A stretch of DNA of 64,000 nucleotides from Rhodosorus marinus CCMP1338. Lineage: Eukaryota > Plantae > Rhodophyta. The DNA lies in the NCBI GenBank assembly GCA_029953675.1, contig JAMWBK010000010.1, forward strand, positions 1,240,001 to 1,304,000, given 5' to 3'. Position numbers and translations under genes: made by a program. Positions within the stretch are counted from its first letter, which is position 1. Every line of letters starts with the position of its first letter. Below are positions 35,801-48,067 of this stretch, one piece after another. The notes beneath the pieces are model-generated. The model ran no database searches and was not told the DNA's origin. It was given only the letters and a program-made list of their open reading frames with translations.

Positions 35801-38800
35801 TCGCCATTTGTACTCGATTCTCTCATCTCAACAGGTACTTGAAGAAGACGAGAAAGGAGAACCGGTCCTCGCGTCGTTGAGTGACGAGGAATTGCTGTGG
35901 CGGCTGAGAATGTTGGCGCAGGCATGTAGGTCCTGCGGAGATGTCAAGCCGTACTGCGATCGGCTAGTTTGCGCTTCGTTCTTGGCCATGCAAAAACCGT
36001 CGCGGTCCGTGTACAAAGCAGGAGGGCGTCTCCTACGAGGACTGTTGGAGGGTTTGACGGCTGGAAAGGTGGCATTTGGATCCGGCACTGGTGGAGAGGT
36101 AGAGGAGGGGAACGTGTACAATTTGGAGTGGCGAAAGCCGAGGGATGAAGAATGGGAGGCTGCTGAGGTAGTGCTGAGGAGGGCTCTCAACCTAGCAAAG
36201 GAGACGGTGACTGCCAACGGCAAAGTTGATCTGACCGACCGAGAGAAGGTTTTCAAGGCGTTGCGCATGCTGCACGCGACACAGCGTGGAGGCCGCTGGG
36301 TGTTGAGCGGGGCGCTCACAGAGAAGGCCAAAAATACTCGATGCAGAGAGGGCGAGCTTCTTTCGAAGAAGGACGCGAGGTATATTTTGACAAAGCCTCT
36401 CGCTGCTGGGCTCGGCGGAGAACTCGGAGGCAAGAGAGAGTCTGTCGCGAAGGAATTGTGGGCAGATATCTACTCGTTCATACTGGAGATCCTCGTGTGC
36501 GTGGAAGAGGAGAGGCCAAATGATAGTCTGCTTTTGTATAGGTGCTTGGAGCCTATAGAGTTGGCGCACGATCCGTTTAAGCGCTCCACTTCTGGTCGTA
36601 TGATAGCTCACTCCGCACGAGGCTACAAGAATGCGTATAAACCAGTTATGGAAATGAAGCGTAGTTTCCGCGCAGAGGGTGGTGCGGGACGTATGGTCCC
36701 TGGATTCATCATGAAGCTTCGTGTGGAGGCACTTCATGAGCTCCGCCTCAGCCTTGGCGCGCAGGGAGGCTACGACTGCGAAGAGGTATATGTCGATGTC
36801 CTCGAAGGGCTGAAAAGACTGGCGGTGAACGATTTCCCAAAAGTTCGGGACGAGGCACGAGGAGCCCTCACGAGGGCACTTCGGGTATGCAAACCACAAC
36901 AGCGGAAAGTGACAATGACGAAGTTCATCGAGGTGCTCGACAAGTCAGCAGTGCGGGGTCCGAACGGAACCTGTGACTATGAGCGGATGATGGGTTCCGC
37001 AGATGTGCTGAGGGCGTCTATGGTGAACCAGCATATAATGCGAGATTGGAGTTTGCTGCGTCCAGTTGCTCTTGCAAGTCTGCGTGCTCTGATGGTTTCG
37101 GAGAGACCTGATGCCGCGATGGAAGTCAATGCCTTATACGCCAAATTGGCCGCGTGTCTACGTCCAATTGGGATCGAACCTCTGCAGATTTTAAACTCGA
37201 AACTGGACGGAGTGGATGAGAGTTCGAGCAATGACTTGTCGACTGCGCAACTGCACGAGTTTCTCGAGTTGAACAAGTCGCTTTTGACTATGGTGAATAC
37301 GTCGAATGGGAATGGGGTCGACCCAGGTCCAGCGCCAGGAATAGAAGGGCATTGGAAGCTCAAAAGCCTCGTAGCCACGACGTTGTATACCAACCTTCGA
37401 TTTGCACATCCTCCCGCTTCGGAAGTGGCGAAATTCTTTGCTGAGAGCATGGGATCGGATCTGATGGCTCTGAGGCAGGTTTCTAAGAAGGCGATGTCCT
37501 TGCTACTTGCATTCCAAAAGCGCAGGATAGAGAAGGATGAGGGTGATCGCGAAGTTTTGTCCGCTATTGAAGGCGTGCTTTCTGAAGATTTCATAGACCG
37601 TCTGTTGCGCGTACTTGCACTTGACGAAGGACTGGATATTTCCGAGAGCGGTGATACCGATGGCTTTTTCGGAGCCTTGTCACTCACGTCGTTGTCAAAG
37701 CATTGTGACGGAGATGCGTGTTGGGCTCTCGTTGGTGGTCGTCCGTGGCCTTCGTCCTGGGTCGCTAGATCGCGAGACACGTTGAGCTTAACCAGAGTGC
37801 GGTTGATGGAAATCATTTTTTCTACGTTTGGTTCTCCTATGCTCCGAAACTTCAGCGCCGCTGTGAGCGCGTTAATCAGCAGCGAAGACCCGATTCCCGG
37901 TGTCACGAAGGAAAACTCCCGGGTTTTTGCAGCAGAAGTAGTAGCAGGAATCGCTAGGGGAATGCGGATGGAGCATTCCGAAAAGGAACGGAACGCGACG
38001 GAAAGCGATATCAATGCCGTGAGCTCCTGGGCTAAGGAACTGCTTGGAGCGTTCTCCGGGCACGAGGGAATGGTGAATGGAGGTACCTTGATCCGTTTCT
38101 TTGTGTCGGGAGAGGAAGGCACAGTTGCAAGAAGCGTCGCGAAGCTTGTTAGGTCGGAACTTTTCGAATCGCCAATTGTTGATCTTGAGGCTCCTGCACA
38201 TTCTCAAGCGCGACGACTTCGATATCTTCACGCCAGTATTGCTGATGAGGAACCATCGTTTTCTGACGTAAGCACTTCTTTCCGTACGTGAAACGGCAAT
38301 GACGATACCCTAACCCCGCCTTTTCCTCTGCTTCACAGGCCCCGCTTGATAAGGCGATATCGGAGCTGACGGAGCCCCACGTTTTCTCTCATCCACTGAA
38401 GCACGTACGAGAGGAGATTGCTCGCTGTATGGCACTTCTTTCCTCATTCACTTCAGAGTCCATCGGAGAGACCTACGGGCAAAAGATTGAACAAGTTGCT
38501 GGAAGGCTTAAAGTTCAGACCAAGGAGGACGAGCTCGAGATATCTGAGGAAGACAAAAAACAGAGGTACGTCCAATCGTCATGAGTCGGTGGTTTGCATG
38601 GACCTCTTCTCACTGATTCTCGTACGTCAAAACGGTAGGTCAAGGGAGAATGATACTTTGTCAAGATGGGTATCTGTGGTACACTGGAACGGGGATACTC
38701 ATTCTTTTGGGGAGTTCTTGACAAAGCTTCTTCCAAGCTTGTTCGCCTGCCTGGATGACAGTGACCCGGAAAGGGTGAGTCGCCTATATCCTTTTTTTAG

Positions 38801-39717
38801 CAGAGCCTGTTACTCTCGTCGTTCGCATATCTTGAAAGTTACCCTGTTGCTCTCGTTGGTCACATGTCTTGTACGCTAAGTGCTGAAGCCTTGGATTGTC
38901 TTGATTGCAGGCATCTCATGCAAGACTAGCCTTGTCCCTCGCAGCCCAAGCGAAGCTCAATCAGGGCCAGATTGATCGGATCTTGATTGACTGTGAGGAC
39001 GCTTCGAAGAATAGGAAGGGCCGAATTCGAGGAGCAGTTTTGCCGTTCTTGCAGGTGCTTGGCTTCTCAAGGCTGTTCGTGATGGATTCTGATCGGCGCT
39101 CGAAAATCAGAAACATCGTCATCACCCTCCTCGGCGACGAACAGCTCGAAGTACGAGAGGCTGCCACCCACACTCTGGTGCCGTTGATAAGGGACGCCCC
39201 AGCTGAGGCCATAACCGAGACCCGAACATTGTTAAATTTGCGGTTGCAAAAGACCAAGCCCAAAACCAGGAAGAAGACGAAGAGCGGCATCAGTTTAACG
39301 GTAAGTCTATTGCCTATAGACGATCATTGCTGTTTCTATTGCTTCCTACTAAGGTTTGGGCTTTGTTCAACTGCAATAATAGACCCTCGTCGAGCGCCAT
39401 AGTGCTGTGCTTGGGCTCTCCAGCATGGTCATGTCCAGCCCGTACTCAGTGCCGACATGGATGCCACAAGTGCTTGTTGCCCTTACGAGCTGCATAGATG
39501 ATCCTCCGCCGATATCAAGCAGTGCGAGGAAACTATTCACAGAGTACGTATTGCGTCTTTTCAACAAAGTTACGATAGTTTCTAAAGAATTGGCGTTGTT
39601 CCCTGCAGATTTTGGAGAACCCACCGGGATGAATGGGACGACCTCAAGCACTCGTTCAACGAGGAGGAGCTGGAAACAGTTTCTGAGCTGCTTATATCCC
39701 CTTCATACTATGCCTGA
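32875..39717 (+). CDS. PSME4: Proteasome activator PA200/Blm10 (PSME4), multi-exon
   Basis: LPWR, FARLAK...VDWTPY...FRLPLG, FFHPSNGGRW, LPGIDPNDPSKT, PYSVPTWMP..FWRTHRDEW..., and a C-terminal SPSYYA* HbYX motif. Confidence 0.93.
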
Positions 39718-40942
39718 TCGGGCACGTGAAGCCCCTTGTCATCACTCTCTCAGCGAGATTGATGAATTTGTGTAGAATGTATAACTAACACCATCCATAA
39801 TGGACCGGAGGCCTTGGCTGTTTGTTTAGCAACCCTATGCTCGAGCTGTTGAGGGAACGCGTTCCGGGCCCATCGATTGTGTAGCTGCCATATCTGGATG
39901 ATTGCAATTGTTGAAAGTAAACAAATATTTTAGACTATAGCCATACCGTGCTTCAATCGCAGACGGTTATCGCGTCCATAGTCTCGTACTACCACAAATC
40001 AACTGCCCCAGATTAACCAGAGCCCGGCAGCCAAAAGACTTATGGGGTTAGTAAAGTTTACGGTTGCGTTGCTGCTGCTCATAATGGAACCCGAACCGGT
40101 GCAACAGGATCGTTATCGCGCCTTCCATTTCTTTAACGAGCGAGTGCGAGCCCAAGCTCCTAGCATCAAGTTGGCTGGAGCCGAGATGGTCAGAAAACTG
40201 AACGATGAACCACCTATAAGACAACCGACAACCGAGGATACCACTTCTACTGAAGCGCCTTTCTGGAACTCACTGATCGATCCGATTCTGATCTTAGCAG
40301 TCCGGTGACTATTTTCAACACACACATCTTGAATATCAGGCTTGGTGAGGACACGCGTCATTAACCGCATTGTCTCAGGCCTTCAGTCCCAAAAGATGCA
40401 TTGACTGAATCGATCACAATACGCAATCAACTTCGTCCCACTGCAGTCACTACCTCACCATTCAAGCTCTCCATTGGTTGACAAAGACTGATATTCAATC
40501 AATACACAAATTTAGTCAACATACGCGGAGTGTCAGGCAAGCTTCTAATTGCCTCAACGCCCAAAATCCTCCGGGGGGTTACCGTAAATGGATATTATGA
40601 TTTAATATATATGCCAATAATAATTAATATTAATATCAATTTTTCAAACATAAAAGGATAAATATATCTATTTATAATGACAATAAGTAGTTTATAATGA
40701 CGCATATTATATGGATACTGCGCTAGGAGGGGTTATGTTGGGTTGCTTCGGGTGGGATGGGGTGGTGCATGGGTGGAGAGTTTTTGATGGTGTATTGGGG
40801 AGTAAGTATTGGCATGGATCAGTTCGACATAGTGGATTAAGCCCCTTTGTTTTTGTGTTTTTGGTATTGTGGAAGGGTATTCGAGGAAAGAATTCAACTT
40901 GGACTTTGTTTTTCGTCTGCCTGGCTGAAGCATAGATTGAGG

Positions 40943-42582
40943 ATGGGACCGTCTAAATGGGCGGTATCGATACTGCTGGTCGCGGTAGTGTTTATTCATT
41001 GGTGTCCGGTGGCGGTGGCGAAGGATAAGGACTACTACGACTTGCTTGGAGTGGCGAAGGATGCTGATCAGGGTACGATCAAGCGGGCGTATCGAAAACT
41101 GAGTCTCAAGCACCATCCGGACGCAAACCCCGACGATAAATCCTCTGTGGATGTGTTCACGAAGATAGCATCGGCGTATGAGGTATGTACTAGGAGCGAA
41201 ACGAACTGATTGGATTCTGTACTCTTCACTCGTAATCCGCTTGCTTTTCTGCGTCGACCCATTTCTGTAAGGGCTTTCGTAGCTTTTTGACAACAACCTT
41301 CATAGAGAGAGCATCAGTGCACCGTTCGAGAAGACAGCAGCGCATCAACGATCCAAGCTGATAACTCGATTTATTTTGATTCATTGATAGGTGCTCTCTG
41401 ATCCCGATAAGCGCAGAAAGTACGATCTATACGGAGAGGAAGGCCTGCAGAATAACGGCGGTGGGCATCACGATAGCGATTGGGGTGATTTCGGCTTTTT
41501 CAACGACTTTTTCGATGATTTTGGTGGAGGTCATAGGCAAAGAGGAAACCGAGGTCAGAAACGAGCTGGAGCCAGTATTCTTGTACCACTATTTGTTTCA
41601 CTTGAGCAGCTGTACAGTGGCGACGTGATTGAGGCAGCCCACAGAAAGCAAGTGATTTGTGCACAATGGGAAGAATGCGAGAAACCCTGCAATAAGTGTG
41701 GAGGATCCGGAATGGTGATAACAACGAGAAAACTCGGTCCTGGATTCGTCCAAAGAGTAAGACGAGGGATGCCATCTCATCGGGAAGAGAAGAGTTTCTC
41801 CAAGTGTTCGATATTACTCTCTGGAGCCTAAGAACTTCATTTTTTGGTTTCCTGGTCAGGTCCAGCAGCAGTGTACTCAGTGCGGAGGACGCGGTAAGAT
41901 CCCATCTGGAGATTGTAGTGGATGTCCAAACGGCCAGTTCGAAGAGGTGGAGAGGATGCTGTTGATTGATGTTGAGAAGGGCATGCCAGATGGCGAGAAG
42001 ATTCTCTTCGCCGAAGAAGCAGACGAGGAAGCCGACAAGGTTCCGGGAGACCTCGAATTTCAGATTCGGACGACTGCTTCCGATCGCTTCGAAAGGAGAG
42101 GAGATGACCTGTACCATAAGATGAACATATCTTTGGTTGAGGCGTTGGTGGGGATTGATAGATTGGTGAAGCAACTGGATGGTAGGCAGGTGAAGGTGTC
42201 TAAGGACACGGTGACTATTCCTCACGAAATTTTGAACCTACCGAAGGAAGGAATGCCGTTGTTTGGACGCAGCGGTTTTGGGAAAATGATTGTTGAATTC
42301 TGGGTTGAGTTTCCTCCTCTCCTTTCGGACGAACAAAAGAAGACTGTAATGAGTTTGTTCAGTACGAATCAACCGAATCTCAAAGGTGACGCGGAAAAGA
42401 GAAACGAGACTGCGTCGTGCGGCGAGGAAGAAAAGGATCAACCGAATCCCAAAGGTGACGCGGAAAAGGAAAACGAGACCGCGTCGAGCTGCGAGGAAGA
42501 AAAGGATGAACCGAATCTCAAAGGTGATACGGAAAGGAAAAACGAGACTGCGTCGAGCGACGATGAAGAAATGGATTTGTAG
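40943..42582 (+). CDS. ER-luminal DnaJ/Hsp40 co-chaperone (signal peptide, J domain, Cys-rich region, C-terminal domain, repeat tail), 3 exons
   Basis: Signal peptide MGPSKWAVSILLVAVVF..; DYYDLLGV..HHPD; YDLYGEEGL; CNKCGGSG and CTQCGGRG; GDLEF, ISLVEALVG, EGMP, GKMIVEFWVEFP. Confidence 0.92.
42370..42576 (+). repeat. Three tandem 69-bp (23-aa) coding repeats at the DnaJ C-terminus
   Basis: QPNLKGDAEKRNETASCGEEEKD / QPNPKGDAEKENETASSCEEEKD / EPNLKGDTERKNETASSDDEEMD. Confidence 0.9.
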
Positions 42583-44124
42583 CAGCGACCAAATCTTTGT
42601 TGCTGGTAAACAGCATCACGACGAAGACAGTATTCGTTGAGATCGTCCACTGACTTCTACAGAATTTGCTGGAAAGCGGTGACAGCAATTGGCTACTGCT
42701 GTACGAATAGGATCACATAACCTGTGCATAGCCTATACGTTTATTGACGGATTCTGCCATAGCTTCGCTTCGGCGTCGTTTGCAGGTCGCCAATGAGCCC
42801 GTCCCAATGGGGATGGGAGACGAGCACGCCAGCAGAGAAGGATATTTGATTCGACCCTGCGGAAGATTGTCAAAGTCGGAAGACTAATCGAATCGAAGAA
42901 GGACTCACCGAGTTATAATATGGATACCGCTGGAATCTTCCTGGGCAGAGATTTTACATCCTATCCTCTACTATCTCAACCACCAGAAACCAACCTCTGT
43001 CGCGTCCGATCGAGATGTCAAGATTCCAGAATCAACTGTGTATGGGGGCGGGGGGGGAGGTTCGATCAGTGCGTATCGACAGTAGTAGACTGTGAACTTC
43101 CTCCAAGGCCAGCTCCAGAACCAAGTGGTTCATCCCAAACCCAATCCAATCGGGGTATCTTCATTTTCGATTTTCAATAAAATATAACCCTAAAACATAT
43201 ACGAAAAACAGCTCCATTTTTAATGAATCATTCCCCCCCTTAATCGTATTATGAAATAAATTTAAATGATCAAGATCTCCAACAAAGCAAATATCACCTC
43301 CATGACATAGATTCATAAACATTAGTCCAAACAAATTATCCTAACCAGGGGATTGGTAATATTGCGCTTTTATATTCAAAACAAATGAATCTGATCACAG
43401 GAGGACTTTCGGGTTTGTTTGGACGAGGCCAAGGCCCTAAGGGGTTTGGTTCCGATGATGTAGTCTTCTCGGTGTTATCACGATGCTGCCAAGATCTACA
43501 GATGATTTTGCCAGTCAATCACACCCGCATGTAGTGATCAAGTCTGATTTTTCTTACCAGAATCGGTACTCTAGGCCTTGCGTAGGAAACGCCGTCTACT
43601 TGAGTATCTCATCCCCGTACGGATGGGCTGCCCACACTGCCTACTGTCGGTCTTCAAGGTGATATACGAACAAATGCAAGTCGGCTTATCCATCGGCTTG
43701 AAAAAGCTCTTAAGACAGGGAGCCGCTCACGAGCACAGCTGGATGGCCCATCCACATCCAGCTGATCGGGAGACCATCAGTCGATTCCAGATCGTCTCAA
43801 AGGATCGCGCTGAGCTGATCGATCCCGCGGACGCAAGTTCGTCCTCCGCAGGATCTGTTGGATTCCAAAGCTTCGTAATTGGCGATGTCTTACATTCCCC
43901 GAAGGCATCAATCTGTCTTACTGACTTCCAGTCTTCCTTCGCGATCACAGAACAAATCCGGTTGCCCCTGTGAGGATCACGTGTCAGCAGATACTTGAAC
44001 GAGCGGTGACGATCGGGTCAACCGGATCAAGGCCGAGGTTTAGTAGAGCTGGTTCGATCTGGTATTTGTGGACCTATCGAGATTTAAAGATTTTGGATTG
44101 TAGTAGTTTCCAGAGACAGAAGAA

Positions 44125-45640
44125 ATGGTTGCTTTCGTGAGCTCCGGTGCGGTGAGCCGCGGACTGTACGAAGCGAGGCGTGTCTGCAACGGGAGATCGA
44201 GAGTTCGGATAAGCTGCTCGGCATCGCCCTCTTCCCATAGTGATATAAAGAGATTTGTTGAGGGTCCCAAGTTCAACCAGGTCGTAAGTATGAGTTGATT
44301 TAGGGGTCCAGGTTTGAGCGATTCGCGATCGATCGCTTTTCTTGCTGACGAGAATTGCGGTCTTTGTTTGGTTATGGAAGAATGTTCATAACGGTATGGT
44401 GTACCTTTCTGGTCAAGTAGCTGCGGATACTTCGGACGCGACTGTACTGGGACAGTCTAAACAGATTTTCGGTGCCATCGATGAGCTCCTGGCAATTGCA
44501 GGTAGGGCACCACTCACCTCCACAGCCATTCTTGAGTACAGTCTCGAGATGATCCTGAACTTGTTCGCGACAATCTCTTCTTGTAGGAACCGATAAGTCG
44601 CGTGTTCTCAGTGTGTCAACATGGCTAACGGACATGGGCGAGTTTGCTGACTTCAACAGCGCTTGGGACGACTGGGTGGACATGGAGAACAAGCCCACCA
44701 GGGCCTGCGTGGAATCCAAGCTAGTGAGTTCCCCGTGCTTCGAAGACGAGGCTGGCACGAATCCTCTACTGAACAAGGCGAGTTCCTTCCTTTCGCGTTC
44801 GCAAGGCTAAACCGGAGTTTCTTGTAGAAGTTGCAGTTACCGCGGCGCTCCCTTCAAAGGCAGGGATTATAAGTACAGACAAAGCCGCCGCAGCTGTTGG
44901 CCCTTACAACCAGGTAGGCAATTGACACTACCCGAAACTGCAAGGAAACCCAACTGGCTGTCTCAATGCACCACTCTCGTTGACACTTTAGGCAATCAGG
45001 TTGGCTGATGGTATGGTTTTCGTGAGCGGATGCATCGGTAGGACAAATCTCCTATCCACATTTGAACTTTTGGGGCAAAGTATCTGAACGGGAATCGTCT
45101 GCACTTTGTAAGGCTTGAAACCTGGATCCGGAGAAATGGCTGGAGATACACTCGAGGTTCAAACCGCCCAGGTAAAGATTCCAAACTGGTTTGTGTTGCG
45201 GCTCTTTCCTGGTAGTGGGAGCCCAGCTTCCTTCCAGGCAGCAACCCAAAATCTGCGCCAGGTTTTGCTCGTTTTCAAAACTGATGGAACTCTTGTGTTT
45301 GTTTGCACAACAGGCGCTCAGCAACATGAGAGAAATCCTGGCAGCTGCTGGAGCAGCTCCGTCAGATGTTGTGAAGACTATGATCCTCTTGGAGGATATT
45401 TCTGACTTCGCTGAGGTGAATTCGATGTACAAGGACTTCTTCGGTGAGGGTCGGGTTCCTGCTAGGTAAGTGTGTGGAATCATTTGCAGCTTTTCTCGTC
45501 GATATCATGTTGCTGAAAGACTCTATTCAATCGCCTTTGCCTTTTTTTTTCTTCTCTCTTGAGCAAGATCCACGTTCGCAGTCAAGTCTCTTCCGAAGGG
45601 TGCAAAGGTCGAAATTGAATGTATGGCAGTTGCTCCTTGA
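44125..45640 (+). CDS. ridA: Plastid-targeted two-domain Rid protein: YoaB/Rid2-like domain fused to a RidA-like domain, 7 exons
   Basis: MVAFVSSG.. transit peptide. Domain 1: VHNGMVYLSGQV..FNSAWDDWV..KPTRACVESKL..VEVAVTAA. Domain 2: IISTDKAAAAVGPYNQA..VFVSGCIG..N..Y..FF..PARSTFAV..LPKGAKVEIE. Both lie in one open frame across exon 44806-44913. Confidence 0.88.
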
Positions 45641-45928
45641 CGGCCTTGCTTGCAGGTATGATGAGGAGCAGCCTCACTAATCGGGTCGGAATCAGAAAGC
45701 AGTCGGGTTTGACGTAGAGTCTTGGTGAATCAGACTGGCCAGAAACGAGAGCTGATCTATGGTTCTTTTCAGGCCTTCAGATGTCTACAACGATGTTACA
45801 TTTTCATTATGTTGAATGATGATAGCCTTGACATGATGACCCTATGTCTTCTGTTCTTGTTTACCCCCTCCGTTTGTTACTAGTCTCCTCTAAAAGTTCC
45901 ATAAAACGCGGTCTCTTTGCAAATTTGT

Positions 45929-46572
45929 TCAAGATTCCTCCTTCTTCGTCTCCTTCTTTGTCTCAGTCGTTGCCGCTTCGGCTGCGGGTGTCTTAGTCTC
46001 CTCTTCGGACAATTCCTTCTTGGAATCAGAGTCCTTCTGCTCTGCAATTTCTTTGTCGGCCTGTTCAAGGGACTCCTGCATTGCATCCTGGAACTCGGAG
46101 CTCGCCTTCTTCACACTCCCAGCGACAGAACCAAGATTTTTACCCAGCTCGCTTATCTGCAATCATCAATGAATCAGCAGCGCTCGTGTTAGAATTCAGA
46201 TCTGCTTTCAAAACTGGTAAGTAAGAAATCACAGACACTGCCTACTGCCACGATCGCGAGTCGCTCAATCGGCAGATGGAAGACCATTGCACCGGACAGA
46301 GGACAAGAGCATAGGTAGATCGATCAAGCATTTCTGAGATATTTTACCTTGTTAGGCCCAAAAATCAAGGCAGTCACACCACCGATCACCAAGAGTTCAG
46401 GAAATCCAAGGCCGAACAGGCCCATGCTGGGCACCGTTGCCAGACGCGCTCGGGGCTGCTGCTTTAAAGCCGGAACGTTTCCGGCAACAAACACACTCCT
46501 CGAGCTCCCATAGCTCACAGAACTAACTCCTACCCTTCCATACCCAGTCACTAATCCTCCAACAAACGCCAT
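45929..46572 (-). CDS. tatA: Plastid twin-arginine translocase TatA/Tha4, 2 exons
   Basis: MAFVGG.. transit peptide; MGLFGLGFPELLVIGGVTALIFGPNK|ISELGKNLGSVAGSVKKASSEF; acidic tail. Confidence 0.9.
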
Positions 46573-48067
46573 GACTCCCCTCCACAACCCTCAGGAAATA
46601 CCACCCGCAAAAAACAAACCCTTCCCTCCCCCCCCCCCCACACCACCAAAAAAAACACAATATATTACTCCCAAAATCCCAACAAATTCAGATACAACTA
46701 AGATCTTAGTCTGTAAAATTTATACACTCTCTTCTCACTCTCTTCTCACTCTCTTCCCCAGCGTCACCCTCAAAGCCCCCCTTCCTCAAAACTAATCCAT
46801 TCCCCTTCAAGTAGGTTTTCGATTTCACATCATCATCAAAAAGCAATCTAAGCAAAAAGAACCAAAACCATCCCAACTGTTCCCTCCTCTTCCCACCCTC
46901 CCCCTTCCCCTCTCTCTCTTTCTTCGTTTAGAACTGACCATTTCAACTCAAAATCTACTCCCCTAAAGTAATTCACGAGTTACAATTATCTATATCTAAA
47001 ACCCCCTACATATATATTAGTTTATTGTAGTTTTTTAATTTATATATGAAGAATCAAGATGAATAAGCTATTTTATTAAATAATTCATTTCTAATAAAAG
47101 GTTTAATCTAAATTAAAATGATATACGATTTAATTATTGTATTTAATATGATATTTTATTATGTTTATATATAATAATTTTGTATGTATATTTTAGAGGG
47201 GTTGTTGTCTACGTGTGTTTAGGAAGATGGCGAAAGTTGAAGGGGTGGGTTGTATTTTTCGAAATGGACGCGGTTGGTCGTGGAGTGGAAGATAATTGAG
47301 AGAGGGGGTGGGGGAGGAGGGGGCAAAGGAGCGCTGTGGAATTGAAACAGTGGAATGGGTAGAATGGGATACTGGATGGAGGAGGGACACCGATCCCCTT
47401 CCTTCCAGAGCTGATGAGGAATGGAAACATGAAGATGATCGTGCAGACCACCGGCGAGGTTTTTCTTTTTCTTTCCCTCGTGATATACATATTTTTTGTT
47501 CTGTTTTAATGAGAAGATCGATCTTCACATCCTATGCAGTCTTCAGGTGGACGGCGATTACCTCGGATTCGGGAGAACCGCTTTTGGATAGAACGCATTT
47601 GTATTTGAGTCGGGTTTTTTAGAAGTAGATGTATAGGTAGTTTTAGTTGTTGAGTTATCGTATCGACTACGGTCTGACGTGTTTTGAAGAAGGGCTTACC
47701 TGATTCCTATCGCTTCCATGTAGATTGTCGCGAGATACGGCTCGGTTCGGAGTTGCCCAATGCAGCTTTTCTCTTCTCGATTCAAATGGGAATAAGATCT
47801 CCTGACCGATCGACTCAGAAGTTTCTGCTTGATAGTCACGTTTCAGTCATGCCCGTAAGTTCCATGTTGGGTCGATGCCCGACGTCCTTGAACACCAACC
47901 GTCTCGTTAGTATCAGTCGTACAGAGGATGCATTGGTTTTCACTGAGGGAGGTGCTGGTGGATCGCAGCTCTATGAAGCTGAGCTTGAGAGTTTTTGGCC
48001 TTGAAAAGGTGTTAATCTGGTCATCTGTGAAGGTCTTGTTGAGTGTATTGGTATGAGGAGGACGACA

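Noticed and set aside
36977-38122. 381-aa and other long minus ORFs within PSME4 (likewise 41500-42225 in DnaJ and 61219-61677 in the kinase)
   Set aside because: Antisense shadows of well-supported genes.
39790-40470. Possible small multi-exon gene on the minus strand
   Set aside because: An in-frame model needs a 19-nt micro-exon and a weak donor, and yields no recognisable protein; left unresolved.
42600-43980. Splice-like signals and 70-130-aa ORFs between DnaJ and the Rid gene
   Set aside because: One or two small genes may be present, but I could not build a consistent reading frame.
44040-44276. 78-aa minus ORF
   Set aside because: Antisense to the transit-peptide exon of the Rid fusion gene.
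47200-48004. Plus-strand ORFs of 108 and 106 aa upstream of TauE
   Set aside because: Possibly a small spliced gene, but there is no clear start, no consistent splicing and no motif.
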